36,328 nt of DNA from Verrucomicrobiota bacterium (GCA_039798785.1 JBDKFG010000052.1:1-36328); one strand, 5' to 3'; shown: positions 25,261 through 33,549, counted from the first letter of the stretch. Program-made: numbers and translations. The notes: generated by a model from the sequence alone, not told the origin.

Positions 25261-26661
25261 TCATCCACCGGGCTTTTCCGAGGCCAGACGTCCAAGGATC
25301 TTGGCTTTCAGGGGGTGCCCCTTGAATTCGGCGTCGACGAGGCGGCTAACTACGGTCTTGGCCGAGGCGGGAGTCATTTCGACGACGCTGTCGCGGGCTT
25401 CGATGATGATCCTTCCGATGTCGAGGCCATCGATGCCACCGGCGCTGGTGAGAAGGCCGAGGATCATCGCCGGGCTGATCTTCTGGGCCCGTCCGACGGC
25501 GAGGCCGATGCGGGCGCTGGCGGGCAGGGGGCTGAGCTTGCCGCCGGGTGCGAACTTGAGCATCGCCTGATTGAAACTCATCCTCTTCATCACCCGGCCG
25601 CTGCGCTTCTCCAGCTCCTCGATGTTGGTCACCGCCTTGCCGTTGTAGAAGGAGACGACGACTCCGGTGCGGCCGGCGCGGGCGGTGCGGCCGGCGCGGT
25701 GGATGTAGTCGGGCGAATCATACGGGATGTCGTGGTTGACCACCACCGGCAAGGCGGGCAGGTCGAGACCTCGCGAGGCGAGGTCTGTGGCGACCAGCAT
25801 CTGAAGGCGTCCGTCGCGGAAGGCCTGCAAGCGGTTTTCGCGGCTCTTCTGCTCCAGCTCGCCGTGCAGGGATGCGGCGCGCCAGCCGAGCTGGCGGAAG
25901 GTCTCGGCGACTTCGTCGCAGCGATCACGGTGGTTGCAGAATACCAGAGCCGGAACGAGGCGGCGCGAGCGGAGGAAGGCGTCAGTGAGGATGCAGTGGT
26001 TTTCCGGGTAGGCGTTGAAGGCCCACTCCTCGAACTTGCCGCGGTCGGGGGCGGCTCCGGCGTCGACACTGACCGGCCGGCCGAGTCGCTCCTTGGCGAT
26101 CTGGCGGAGTTCGTCGGGCCAGGTGGCGGAGAGGAAGGCGCCGGGGCAGCGCGGGGTCTGCTCGAGGATGCGGCCGAGGGGCTCACGGAAGCCCATCTCG
26201 AGGAGACGGTCGGCTTCGTCGACGACGAGGAGCTTGACAGTGCGGAGACTGAGTTCGTCGTCGAGGACCTGGAGCATGGCGCCGGGGGTGGCGACGATGA
26301 GGTGAGCGCTGGGAGGGCAGCGAGTGCGGCCGCCGCCGCAGGCGATGCCGAGGCGCAGGCCGCTGTCGAGCGACTGCGCCACTTCGAGGACCTGGGAAGC
26401 CAGCTCGCGGGTCGGCACCAGGACGAGAACCTGCGGGTGGTGATCATCGCGGTCGATCAGGCTGAAGGCGGGGAGCAGGTAGGCCAGGGTCTTGCCGCTG
26501 CCGGTAGGGGCGCGGGCGACCACCGACTGGCCTTTGAGCAGGGGGGGGATGCTGCCGGCCTGCACTGCGGTCGACTGGCTGAAGCCAAGCTTTTCGAGCT
26601 GCTTCAGGAGGGGCGCGGGAAGGCCGAGGTTTTTAAAGGGGGCGGGGGTGGGGGCAGGCAT
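25261..26661 (-). CDS. dbpA: DEAD-box RNA helicase with C-terminal DbpA-type RNA-binding domain
   Basis: Q-motif, APTGSGKT, PTRELA, TPG, DEAD, SAT, TDLASRGLD, HRAGRTAR; C-terminal GRAQKISPAMILGLLT..GGI...DIGRI.I....S.VE. Confidence 0.85.
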   Translation of the reverse strand: MPAPTPAPFKNLGLPAPLLKQLEKLGFSQSTAVQAGSIPPLLKGQSVVARAPTGSGKTLAYLLPAFSLIDRDDHHPQVLVLVPTRELASQVLEVAQSLDSGLRLGIACGGGRTRCPPSAHLIVATPGAMLQVLDDELSLRTVKLLVVDEADRLLEMGFREPLGRILEQTPRCPGAFLSATWPDELRQIAKERLGRPVSVDAGAAPDRGKFEEWAFNAYPENHCILTDAFLRSRRLVPALVFCNHRDRCDEVAETFRQLGWRAASLHGELEQKSRENRLQAFRDGRLQMLVATDLASRGLDLPALPVVVNHDIPYDSPDYIHRAGRTARAGRTGVVVSFYNGKAVTNIEELEKRSGRVMKRMSFNQAMLKFAPGGKLSPLPASARIGLAVGRAQKISPAMILGLLTSAGGIDGLDIGRIIIEARDSVVEMTPASAKTVVSRLVDAEFKGHPLKAKILGRLASEKPGG

Positions 26662-26829
26662 CTCGGGCTCCGGTGGAGGGATTTAGGGTTGCGACAAGAT
26701 TCCCGTCCGGAGCGCCACGGCAAGCCGGAGCGGCGGGAATTCGCATCCCGCCGCCGAGACACGGGGTCACTTTGCGATTTCAGGCTTAAGTTGCGGGCTT
26801 CATTCCGAAAATCCCCCAGGAGTCCCCTC

Positions 26830-27414
26830 ATGAACGCCTCCGACTTCCTCGCCTTGGCGGCTTCCCGCCGCAGCGTCAAGCCCCAGCAGTTTGCGGCGGA
26901 AGCCCTAGACGATGCCCAGATCCTCGTCGCCCTTGAAGCCGCCAACTGGGCTCCGAGCCACGGCTGCACCGAACCCTGGCGCTTCGCCGTCTTCGCCGGC
27001 GACGGCAAAGATGCGCTGATCGCAAAGGCCGCCGCCTTGCTGATGGCCCAGCTCCCTCCCGCCGACGCCGCCGAGCGCCTCGGCAAGATCTCCGACAACT
27101 TCCGCCGCAGCTCGCACCTCGTGGCAGTGGCACAATACCGTGACCCAGCATCGAAGTATCCCGAATGGGAGGAACTTGCTGCCACCGCCTGCGCCGTGCA
27201 GAACTTCGCTCTCGCCCTCCACGCCTCGGGCGGCGGCTCCTATTGGGGCACCAGCGGCATCGTCCCCCTTCCCGGCGCCGCCGAGGCTCTCGGCTTCGAA
27301 GCCGGCTGCCGGCTGGTCGGAGTTCTCTTCTGCGGCCGCCCCGCCGCGCCCGGACGCCCCTTCCCCCGCAACAGCAGCGCCGCGGAGAAGACCCGCTGGA
27401 TCCGCAGCCACTGA
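26830..27414 (+). CDS. Nitroreductase family protein (YdjA-like)
   Basis: RRSVK, ANWAPSHGCTEPWRF, EELAATACAVQNFALALHA.G..SYW; AGGAG upstream of ATG 26830. Confidence 0.92.
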   Translation: MNASDFLALAASRRSVKPQQFAAEALDDAQILVALEAANWAPSHGCTEPWRFAVFAGDGKDALIAKAAALLMAQLPPADAAERLGKISDNFRRSSHLVAVAQYRDPASKYPEWEELAATACAVQNFALALHASGGGSYWGTSGIVPLPGAAEALGFEAGCRLVGVLFCGRPAAPGRPFPRNSSAAEKTRWIRSH

Positions 27415-27436
27415 CAGCTTCGCCAAAGGACCTTGC

Positions 27437-27997
27437 ATGAACCGCATGATGCTGCTTCTGGCCCTGCTGATGGGCCTCACTCTGGTCGCCGCCGAGACCG
27501 CTCCGCAAAATCTCCCGGACGCGAGTTCCCTGCCCGCCGGGATCTCGCTCGATATCGAGGAGGTCGACAGCAATCACGACGGCAAGATCAGCGGCGACGA
27601 GATCACCGCGGCCCTGGCACCGCACCAGCCCAAGCCGGCGGACTGGTACAAGTGGATGTGGAAATGCATCGGCTGGGGCGGCGCCGGAATGTTCGGCCTA
27701 CGTTGGCTGGTACAGTTCTGGGCCAGCAAGAAAGCCGGCAAACCGACCATCCCGATTTCCTTCTGGATCATCTCGGTCTGCGGCGCCTTGATGTCGCTGA
27801 GCTATTTCATCTTCTACAAAAACGACTCGGTCGGGATCATCGGCAACGCCCTCCCCGCCTTGGTCGCCGCCTACAATCTCCGGCTAGCCCTCAAGCATCG
27901 GCAGGACCATCCGGCCGATGCCGATCTCGACAGCGCCGTGGTCGATCGCGAGGAGTCTGAGCAGTTGGAAGACGAGAAAAAAGACAAGAACCCCTGA
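27437..27997 (+). CDS. Lipid-A-biosynthesis N-terminal (LAB_N) domain membrane protein with signal peptide and EF-hand loop
   Basis: Signal peptide; DSNHDGKISGDE (DxNxDGxIxxxE); WKCIGWGGAGMFGLRWLVQFWASKKAGKPTIPISFW..S..G...LSYF...DSVG matches the LAB_N pattern. Confidence 0.82.
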   Translation: MNRMMLLLALLMGLTLVAAETAPQNLPDASSLPAGISLDIEEVDSNHDGKISGDEITAALAPHQPKPADWYKWMWKCIGWGGAGMFGLRWLVQFWASKKAGKPTIPISFWIISVCGALMSLSYFIFYKNDSVGIIGNALPALVAAYNLRLALKHRQDHPADADLDSAVVDREESEQLEDEKKDKNP

Positions 27998-28090
27998 TGA
28001 CCCGCCCCCGCAAGTCCTGATGAAGACCTCCATCCCCCTCGCTGAAAAGCCCAGCCGCCGGACTCCTCTGCACGCCGGGAATCCCTGCTG

Positions 28091-28861
28091 ATGTACGAAT
28101 TCATCTTCTTCTGTTCCGGCTGCCAGACCAAGGTCGCAGTCCAGGAGCCTGAACTCGGCGGCTCTGCCCCCTGCCCATCCTGCGGCATCGAGCTGTTTTT
28201 CCCGCATCGCGAACGCGCCTTGAAAATGGGTTTCGAACGCCGGCTGTGCAGCAACCTCGAAGAGCTCGAAGTCGCTGTCGCCGCCAGCCGAGCTGAGCTC
28301 AGTAGCCGCAAAGCCGCCGATCCGGCAAGCCGGACGATGAAGGCGCAAAAGGTGTCCAGGCTCGCAGTCCAGCCGCTTCTTCTGCCGCGACACGCCCAGG
28401 CCTGCCGCCACACTCTGAAAAAAGGCAGCCCGCTCCTGACTGCCGCAGTGTTTAGCATCGCCGCGATCCTGTTCGCACTTCTCGCCCTGCCCTTCGCCGG
28501 CACAGGCGCCGGCTGGATCCTTCTCGTCCTCAGCCTCCCGCTCGGCCTCGCCGCCCTCGCCAGCTTCTTGTGTTTCTGGCATCGCTTCCTCAGCCTCCTG
28601 CAGCTCCACCCGAATCCGACAATGAGCCCGATCTTGGAGGCCGGTCTACTCCTCGTCCCGGGGGTCAATCTCTACCTCATCGCCCGCTTCTGGTGGCAAG
28701 CCGCAGGTCGCTACCGCGAAATCATCGCCCAACAGCAGCTGCCCTCTCAAGGACCGCCTCTCGATCAGACCTTCTGCCGCCTCGCCTTCATCCCAGGAAT
28801 CGCCCTGGTGCCGCTGCTGCAGATGCACCGCATCCTCAATTGGACCCGGGAGCGTGTCTGA
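28091..28861 (+). CDS. Hypothetical membrane protein with N-terminal zinc ribbon
   Basis: FFCSGC-x16-CPSCG zinc ribbon; 3-4 C-terminal TM helices including LLLVPGVNLY (DUF4328-like pattern). Confidence 0.65.
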   Translation: MYEFIFFCSGCQTKVAVQEPELGGSAPCPSCGIELFFPHRERALKMGFERRLCSNLEELEVAVAASRAELSSRKAADPASRTMKAQKVSRLAVQPLLLPRHAQACRHTLKKGSPLLTAAVFSIAAILFALLALPFAGTGAGWILLVLSLPLGLAALASFLCFWHRFLSLLQLHPNPTMSPILEAGLLLVPGVNLYLIARFWWQAAGRYREIIAQQQLPSQGPPLDQTFCRLAFIPGIALVPLLQMHRILNWTRERV

Positions 28862-28901
28862 GATGAACCTCGATCCCGGAGCTCAGCCCGGGAAGCCCCA
28901 T

Positions 28902-30017
28902 TCAGGACTCTAGCAATTCAAAGGCGCCAAGATGATATGGCTGCCCGTTGACCAGAACCTCCACCTCGTGGCGGCCGGGAAAATGACGCCGGGTGCTGAG
29001 GTCGCGCAAGGAAAGCTTTTTCTCCAGAGTGCAGGTGTCTCCGGCTCCGAGCTCATAGCGCCCCCCCTTGAACACCTTGGGCGAGGCTGCACCGCCGGCT
29101 TTGCGGAAAAACACCCTCCAGTCGATCAACACCGCCACCGGCCGTCGAGCGGAGTTGCGGACGGCGCAGGCCAGACGCACTTCGCCGCCGGCTGCGACTT
29201 CGCGCGGATGAAGCTCGCCGGAGATTTCGAGGCGGGTCGCCGAACCGGCAAATCCAAGCAACCGCAAGGCCCGGAGATCGCCGCCCTTCACCAGCGATCG
29301 CAAGGCATGATTGACGAGCCATTGGCGACCGGCTCCGGCATCCCGCAGCCAGCCCTCTGCAGTGGCCAACAGCAGCCCTGGATGATCTTTGCCGATGTCG
29401 TTGAGATTGTTGGCGACGGAGCGGCGGACGTAGAGCTCGCGGTCGTCTTTAAGTAGCTCCAGGAGTTCCAGAACCGGGGCGGGATCGACCTGGAATCGGC
29501 GCAGACGCGGCGCCCAGGGAAGGCGCGGCCGAGTCCCTTCCGAAACCAAGCGCCGGACATGCGGGCTGGAATCGCCTGCCCAGGTGCGCAAAAGCTTCAG
29601 GGTCGCCTCAGAGTATTGCTCGAGAAAGGGACGGATGCTGAATTCGGCGGTGAAGCGCTGGGTCAACTGATATTGAAAGGCCATGGCCTCGTCGAAATGC
29701 CCGAGACCGAAGTCCTGTACCCAGAAAGCATGAGGCAAGTAGAAAAACACTGCCATTCCATTGTCCTCGGTCCGTTCCAACGGCGGCCCAAAGCTCGCCA
29801 TCAAGAACCGGCTCGCCCTGGGGAAATCCCCCGGCAAATTCGCTTGCAGCGCCTGGGCGATGTGGCGGCCCCGAGGCATGAGTTCGAGATCTTCCAGCCC
29901 CTTGAGTGCCTGTTTGCGAAAGGCAGCGGACGGGAAGTCCGCGTCAAGAGAAGAGAGATCGCCAGCGATCTTGTCGACCACGGCGGGACCGAGATGGTGT
30001 TTGAGTGCGTCGGCCAT
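28902..30017 (-). CDS. alkC: DNA alkylation repair glycosylase, AlkC-like (HEAT-like repeats plus C-terminal Ig-like domain)
   Basis: LELMPR..HIA, LTQRFTAEFSIRPF, HVRRLVSEGTRPRLPW, YVRRSVANNLNDIGKDHP, C-terminal SPKVFK...STRRHFPGRH.VEVLVNG. Confidence 0.88.
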   Translation of the reverse strand: MADALKHHLGPAVVDKIAGDLSSLDADFPSAAFRKQALKGLEDLELMPRGRHIAQALQANLPGDFPRASRFLMASFGPPLERTEDNGMAVFFYLPHAFWVQDFGLGHFDEAMAFQYQLTQRFTAEFSIRPFLEQYSEATLKLLRTWAGDSSPHVRRLVSEGTRPRLPWAPRLRRFQVDPAPVLELLELLKDDRELYVRRSVANNLNDIGKDHPGLLLATAEGWLRDAGAGRQWLVNHALRSLVKGGDLRALRLLGFAGSATRLEISGELHPREVAAGGEVRLACAVRNSARRPVAVLIDWRVFFRKAGGAASPKVFKGGRYELGAGDTCTLEKKLSLRDLSTRRHFPGRHEVEVLVNGQPYHLGAFELLES

Positions 30018-30021
30018 GGCT

Positions 30022-30396
30022 TTACAGCATTGCCTTCTGGATAATCGCTATCATCGGCATCATGCAGGCCAATGCACAAAGGAGCTGGAGTCCGAGATTG
30101 ACGGTTGCCAGAACCAGGAAGGGCAAACAGCTGCGTGGGGTTTTCACGGTGAATAGGAAATACGCGAAAATGAGGAGACTGTGCAGCACCAGAAGGGAGA
30201 CTGCCAAGGATCGATGATCGATAAAAAGCGTGGTCAAGCCGGGGAGCGGCTCACCCTTAAGCAACTCATCCAGGCCGGCTGCGTAATGCTTCATCGCCCC
30301 GGCAAAAGCCATGGCTCCGAACAGTCCTATGCCTGCATACAGGCAGCCGAAGGCGGTACAGAGATGATGAATCAGGGAGGGTTTTTCATCGCTCAT
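30022..30396 (-). CDS. Small 3-TM membrane protein resembling a fragment of PilC/GspF
   Basis: Three hydrophobic helices; LDELLKGEPLPGLTTLFI and C-terminal ALACMMPMIAII echo the 'F..L...LP..T..L' and 'A..LP...' motifs of T2SS-F/PilC. Confidence 0.6.
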   Translation of the reverse strand: MSDEKPSLIHHLCTAFGCLYAGIGLFGAMAFAGAMKHYAAGLDELLKGEPLPGLTTLFIDHRSLAVSLLVLHSLLIFAYFLFTVKTPRSCLPFLVLATVNLGLQLLCALACMMPMIAIIQKAML

Positions 30397-30424
30397 GCCA
30401 GCGTCCTCGATTGTAGCGATTCTT

Positions 30425-30468
30425 AAAATGAAACATGGGCTTCACCCCATCTCGGAGAGAAGCCCATG
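30425..30468 (-). terminator. Putative intrinsic terminator after lexA
   Basis: 10-bp stem CATGGGCTTC (30434-30443) / GAAGCCCATG (30459-30468), followed on the minus strand by TTTCATTTT. Confidence 0.7.
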
Positions 30469-30482
30469 CCAGTGAGCTGAGC

Positions 30483-31106
30483 TCAGAAAGTGCGCATCAA
30501 GCCGATGACCTTGCCTTGGATGTAGACCTGGTCAAGATCGTAGAAGCGCGACGCGAACTCGCTATTGGCGGGTCGGAGTTCGGCCTTGCCTTCCTTGAGG
30601 TAGAGGTATTTCACCGTGGTCTCGTTCTCCACCATGACGACAACGATGTCGCCGATGTTGGCGGTGGACTGGACCTGGCAGAGGATGACGTCGCCGTCAA
30701 GGATGCCGGCATCGCGCATCGACTCGCCGTTGACGCGGAGGGCAAAAAGCTGGCGGTTGCCGATGTTGTAGGGCAGCAGCGAAGGGTCGATCTGAACGCT
30801 CTTCTCGACGTTCTGCTCAGCCAGGAGCGGTGCGCCGGCACTGATCCTGCCGAGAAGTGGAATGCTGAGGGTCAAAGAGAGATGACGCGGCGAGGTGGTG
30901 GTGCGGGTCAGGGTGAGGCTGCGCGCCTTCGAGGAACGGGTCAGATAACCCTTGCGCTGCAGAGCCCGGAGGTGGGCGAAGCTGGTGGCGGATTTGATGC
31001 CGAAGTGCTGAGCGACTTCATAAACGGTCGGAGCCATGTGCTCGCGAGCATTGAAGGTCTCGATGAAGCTGAGTATTTCTTTCTGCTTGTCAGTCAGGTC
31101 ACGCAT
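30483..31106 (-). CDS. lexA: SOS repressor LexA
   Basis: LTDKQKEIL..I......PTVYEVA..FG..S....HL.AL.RKGY; Ala-Gly cleavage site in ISAGAP; catalytic Ser (GESM) and Lys (TVK); AAGGAG RBS before ATG 31106. Confidence 0.97.
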   Translation of the reverse strand: MRDLTDKQKEILSFIETFNAREHMAPTVYEVAQHFGIKSATSFAHLRALQRKGYLTRSSKARSLTLTRTTTSPRHLSLTLSIPLLGRISAGAPLLAEQNVEKSVQIDPSLLPYNIGNRQLFALRVNGESMRDAGILDGDVILCQVQSTANIGDIVVVMVENETTVKYLYLKEGKAELRPANSEFASRFYDLDQVYIQGKVIGLMRTF

Positions 31107-31151
31107 ATAACTCTCCTTGTTTTGTTTGGGAGTTCCCGCTGCCAATTGATA

Positions 31152-31171
31152 GCCTGTCTTGCGCCTGTCAA
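31152..31171 (-). promoter_or_regulatory. lexA promoter -35 (TTGACA) overlapping a GACAGGC-N4-GACAGGC direct repeat
   Basis: Minus strand reads TTGACAGGCGCAAGACAGGCTATCAATT; TTGACA at 31171-31166; -10 is not canonical. Confidence 0.45.
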
Positions 31172-31320
31172 ACGCAGCTGCACAAAAATGGCGAATTTTT
31201 AGCTGCAGATGCTAAATCTAAGCTCCTTTCGCCCGGGCACAGCCAGCAGTCACTAAGTGAAGCGCATCTCCACAGTCGCAAGCCCTGCCGACTTCAGAGC
31301 AGGGCAGATCGAAAAAATCC

Positions 31321-31737
31321 TCAGTCGAGCTGGCGTGCAGGAGGCAGCTCCATCGGCACTTGGTAGGGCGCGAGAAAGGCCTCCGTGAAATCGAACCCAT
31401 GGCTGAAATCTTCAAGCCGGTCGCTCGGTTGAGCCGCGAAAACTTCCGCCTTGATCAAGATGAAAACGATCTGACCGAAATCGAGAGTCTGATGCACACC
31501 CCAGTCCCGCAGGACCGAGAAGGCCATGGGGCCGTATTCGGCCAGGGCGAACTGGCGGATGCCGTCGAGCAGCTCGGCGACGCTGAGATGGCGCCCAGGG
31601 CCGGCGTCAGGCTTGCGGAAATGCGCCGCCGAAAAAACCACCGCGCGCTCCATGAAGAAATATGCCTCGGCGGCATAGCGCCGCTCGGTCCGCAGAATCT
31701 CGGTCACGGCGTCGCGGAATTGCGGCGACTCAGACAT
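31321..31737 (-). CDS. Minf_1886 family (Verrucomicrobia/Planctomycetes-restricted) protein
   Basis: RYAAEAYFF..A......RHLSVAELLDGIRQFALAEYGPMAFSVLRDWGV..T.DFGQIVF.LI......QPSD.LEDF..GFDF.EAF; start MSESPQF overlaps the HIT gene stop by 8 bp. Confidence 0.88.
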   Translation of the reverse strand: MSESPQFRDAVTEILRTERRYAAEAYFFMERAVVFSAAHFRKPDAGPGRHLSVAELLDGIRQFALAEYGPMAFSVLRDWGVHQTLDFGQIVFILIKAEVFAAQPSDRLEDFSHGFDFTEAFLAPYQVPMELPPARQLD

Positions 31738-32209
31738 CCTCCTCGTCCTCCTCGCCGGCAGCTTCAGACTCCTCAGGCTCATCCTCGTCAAGCCCGGGAT
31801 TCTGCAGCTTGAGACTGAGCCACTCGGCCATCCCTCCTTCATCGGCGGGACGCGGCTGCATCCGCCAGCCGAAGGCGAAGCCGTCGGTGCCGACGCGGGG
31901 AACGAGGTGGATGGAAGCATGGCGGACCGCCTGCCCGGCATGTTCACCATGAGCATGGTGAAGATTGAAGCAGTCGTAGTCTGGATGCTTGGCGAGGACG
32001 CGTCCGAGACGGAAGGCGAGATCGAAAAGACGATGCCGCAGCGCCGGCTCGAGGGAGAACATCGAGGCATGATGGCGGACCGGCATGACGACGCAATGGC
32101 CGGGGTTGACCGGGGCTGGATCGAGAATGACCAGCACTTCATCGTCACGATAGACCTCGCGAGCCGAGGTGACGCCGCTGGCGATCTTGCAGTAGATACA
32201 GGTGTTCAT
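31730..32209 (-). CDS. HIT family protein (Hint-like) with a degenerate histidine triad and an acidic tail
   Basis: CIYCKI zinc motif, VYRDD, LDPAPVNPGH.VVMP..H, AGQAVRHASIHLVPR (canonical GQxVxHxHxHxxPR); tail DEDEPEESEAAGEEDEEDV. Confidence 0.88.
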   Translation of the reverse strand: MNTCIYCKIASGVTSAREVYRDDEVLVILDPAPVNPGHCVVMPVRHHASMFSLEPALRHRLFDLAFRLGRVLAKHPDYDCFNLHHAHGEHAGQAVRHASIHLVPRVGTDGFAFGWRMQPRPADEGGMAEWLSLKLQNPGLDEDEPEESEAAGEEDEEDV

Positions 32210-32313
32210 GAGGTTCCGGGGTTGGGCTGACACGGCGCACCATGCCGCGGCGGCGACGAAAGACAAACGGATCCAGGCCGAAAAAACCCGTCTCCTCGAC
32301 ACGGTTTGCGGGC

Positions 32314-33549
32314 TCAGGCGGTGCGCTTCTCCTGTAGCGGCGATCCGAGACGCGCCACCGCCTCCTGCCAGCTGCGGCACTGCAGGAGCTCGTTCTGCAC
32401 CTTGGCGCCGCTCAGGCAGGCTTCCCGCGGCTCCAGGCAGGGCAGCTCCGGACAGTCCGGGAAGAAACGCCGGATGAAGCTCTCAAGGGTGCGGCCGCTG
32501 ACGTAGCCGACCTCGAGGCAGAGGTCGATCCGCCCCGGACGCAGCAGCGCCGGGTCGAGCTTCTCCAGGTGGTTGGTGGTCGCCACCAGGATGCGCCCGT
32601 GCCGCGCCATCACCCCGTCGAGGGCGTTGAGGATGCTGGCGATGTCGCTGCCGACCAGCGGCCTGGCCTCCTTGTCCTCGTCGTCGCGAGCATGGGTGCT
32701 CGGCGCGGCGTCGATGTCCTCGATCACCAGGATCGAGTTGCGGGGCAGGCTCGCCACCGCCTCGGTGAGGACGCCGATGCGGGCGCAGGGGATGTAGGCG
32801 ATGCCGCGGCCGAGATGGGCGGCGATCGCCTTCACCAGCGAAGTCTTGCCGGTGCCGGGCGGACCGTGGAGCATGATGCCCAGCTGCCAGGGGACGCCGA
32901 GATCGCGGTACCACTCCTCGCGGCTGAGGAAGCGGTCGAGGGCGGACTTGATCTGGTCGACCAGCTCCTGCTCGGCGCAGACGCTGTCGAAGCTGCGCTT
33001 GGGGTTGCGGTGGGCGTAGCCCCAGCTGCCGTTGTAGACGTCGCAGAGGGTCATCTCCTCGGTGCGGGCGGTGGCCAGCTGCTCCATGATGTCGTGGAAG
33101 AGCTGGTGGCTGCGACCGAACTTGGTGATGCTGATCGTCTCCTTGTCGGCGTAGCCCTGGGTCTGCTGGCGGCTGAGCTCGACGAGGAGGAGGCGTCCGC
33201 GGTACCAGAGCAGATGGCTGCCGTAGCCGACGGTCTTCACCGAGCCGGCGATCTCGTCGCTGTCCACCTGCTGGCAGTGGCGCTTGTCGAGGAACTTGAC
33301 GCGGCGGCAGGAGTGCGACAGCCCTTCCTTCTCGATCCACTCGAGCAGGGCGGCGAAGATCTCCTGGCTGCTGTTGACACTCATTTCGGTGCTCAGATGG
33401 CGGCGGGCATAATCCCAGCACATCTCGGGCACGTTGCGGGCCAGGTAGGTGGCGACGCCAAGGCCCCAGGCCCCGAGCGCGCCGGCAATGAACTGGTTGC
33501 CGCCGGAAAGCGAATTGATCTTAGAGACGAATTGTTCGATGAGTTGCAT
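32314..33549 (-). CDS. BCS1-like membrane-anchored AAA+ ATPase (TM + BCS1 N-terminal domain + AAA)
   Basis: NQFIAGALGAWGLGVATYLAR...RRH....V......LLEWI; GSHLLWYRGRLLLVELSR; KRSFDSV; FL...EWY..LGVPW..G.MLHGPPGTGKTS; IEDID; ILNALDGV; TTNHLEKLDPALLRPGRID. Confidence 0.9.
   Translation of the reverse strand: MQLIEQFVSKINSLSGGNQFIAGALGAWGLGVATYLARNVPEMCWDYARRHLSTEMSVNSSQEIFAALLEWIEKEGLSHSCRRVKFLDKRHCQQVDSDEIAGSVKTVGYGSHLLWYRGRLLLVELSRQQTQGYADKETISITKFGRSHQLFHDIMEQLATARTEEMTLCDVYNGSWGYAHRNPKRSFDSVCAEQELVDQIKSALDRFLSREEWYRDLGVPWQLGIMLHGPPGTGKTSLVKAIAAHLGRGIAYIPCARIGVLTEAVASLPRNSILVIEDIDAAPSTHARDDEDKEARPLVGSDIASILNALDGVMARHGRILVATTNHLEKLDPALLRPGRIDLCLEVGYVSGRTLESFIRRFFPDCPELPCLEPREACLSGAKVQNELLQCRSWQEAVARLGSPLQEKRTA

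Noticed and set aside
26730..26754. 9-bp GC hairpin GCGGCGGGA / TCCCGCCGC between the divergent helicase and nitroreductase genes
   Set aside because: Real dyad, but there is no U-tract and no gene ending there, and such stems are common at this GC content; no function can be supported
25315..26829. 699-aa ORF suggesting a giant nitroreductase fusion
   Set aside because: The first 505 codons are the antisense of the DEAD-box helicase plus the spacer; the nitroreductase starts at 26830 after an AGGAG RBS
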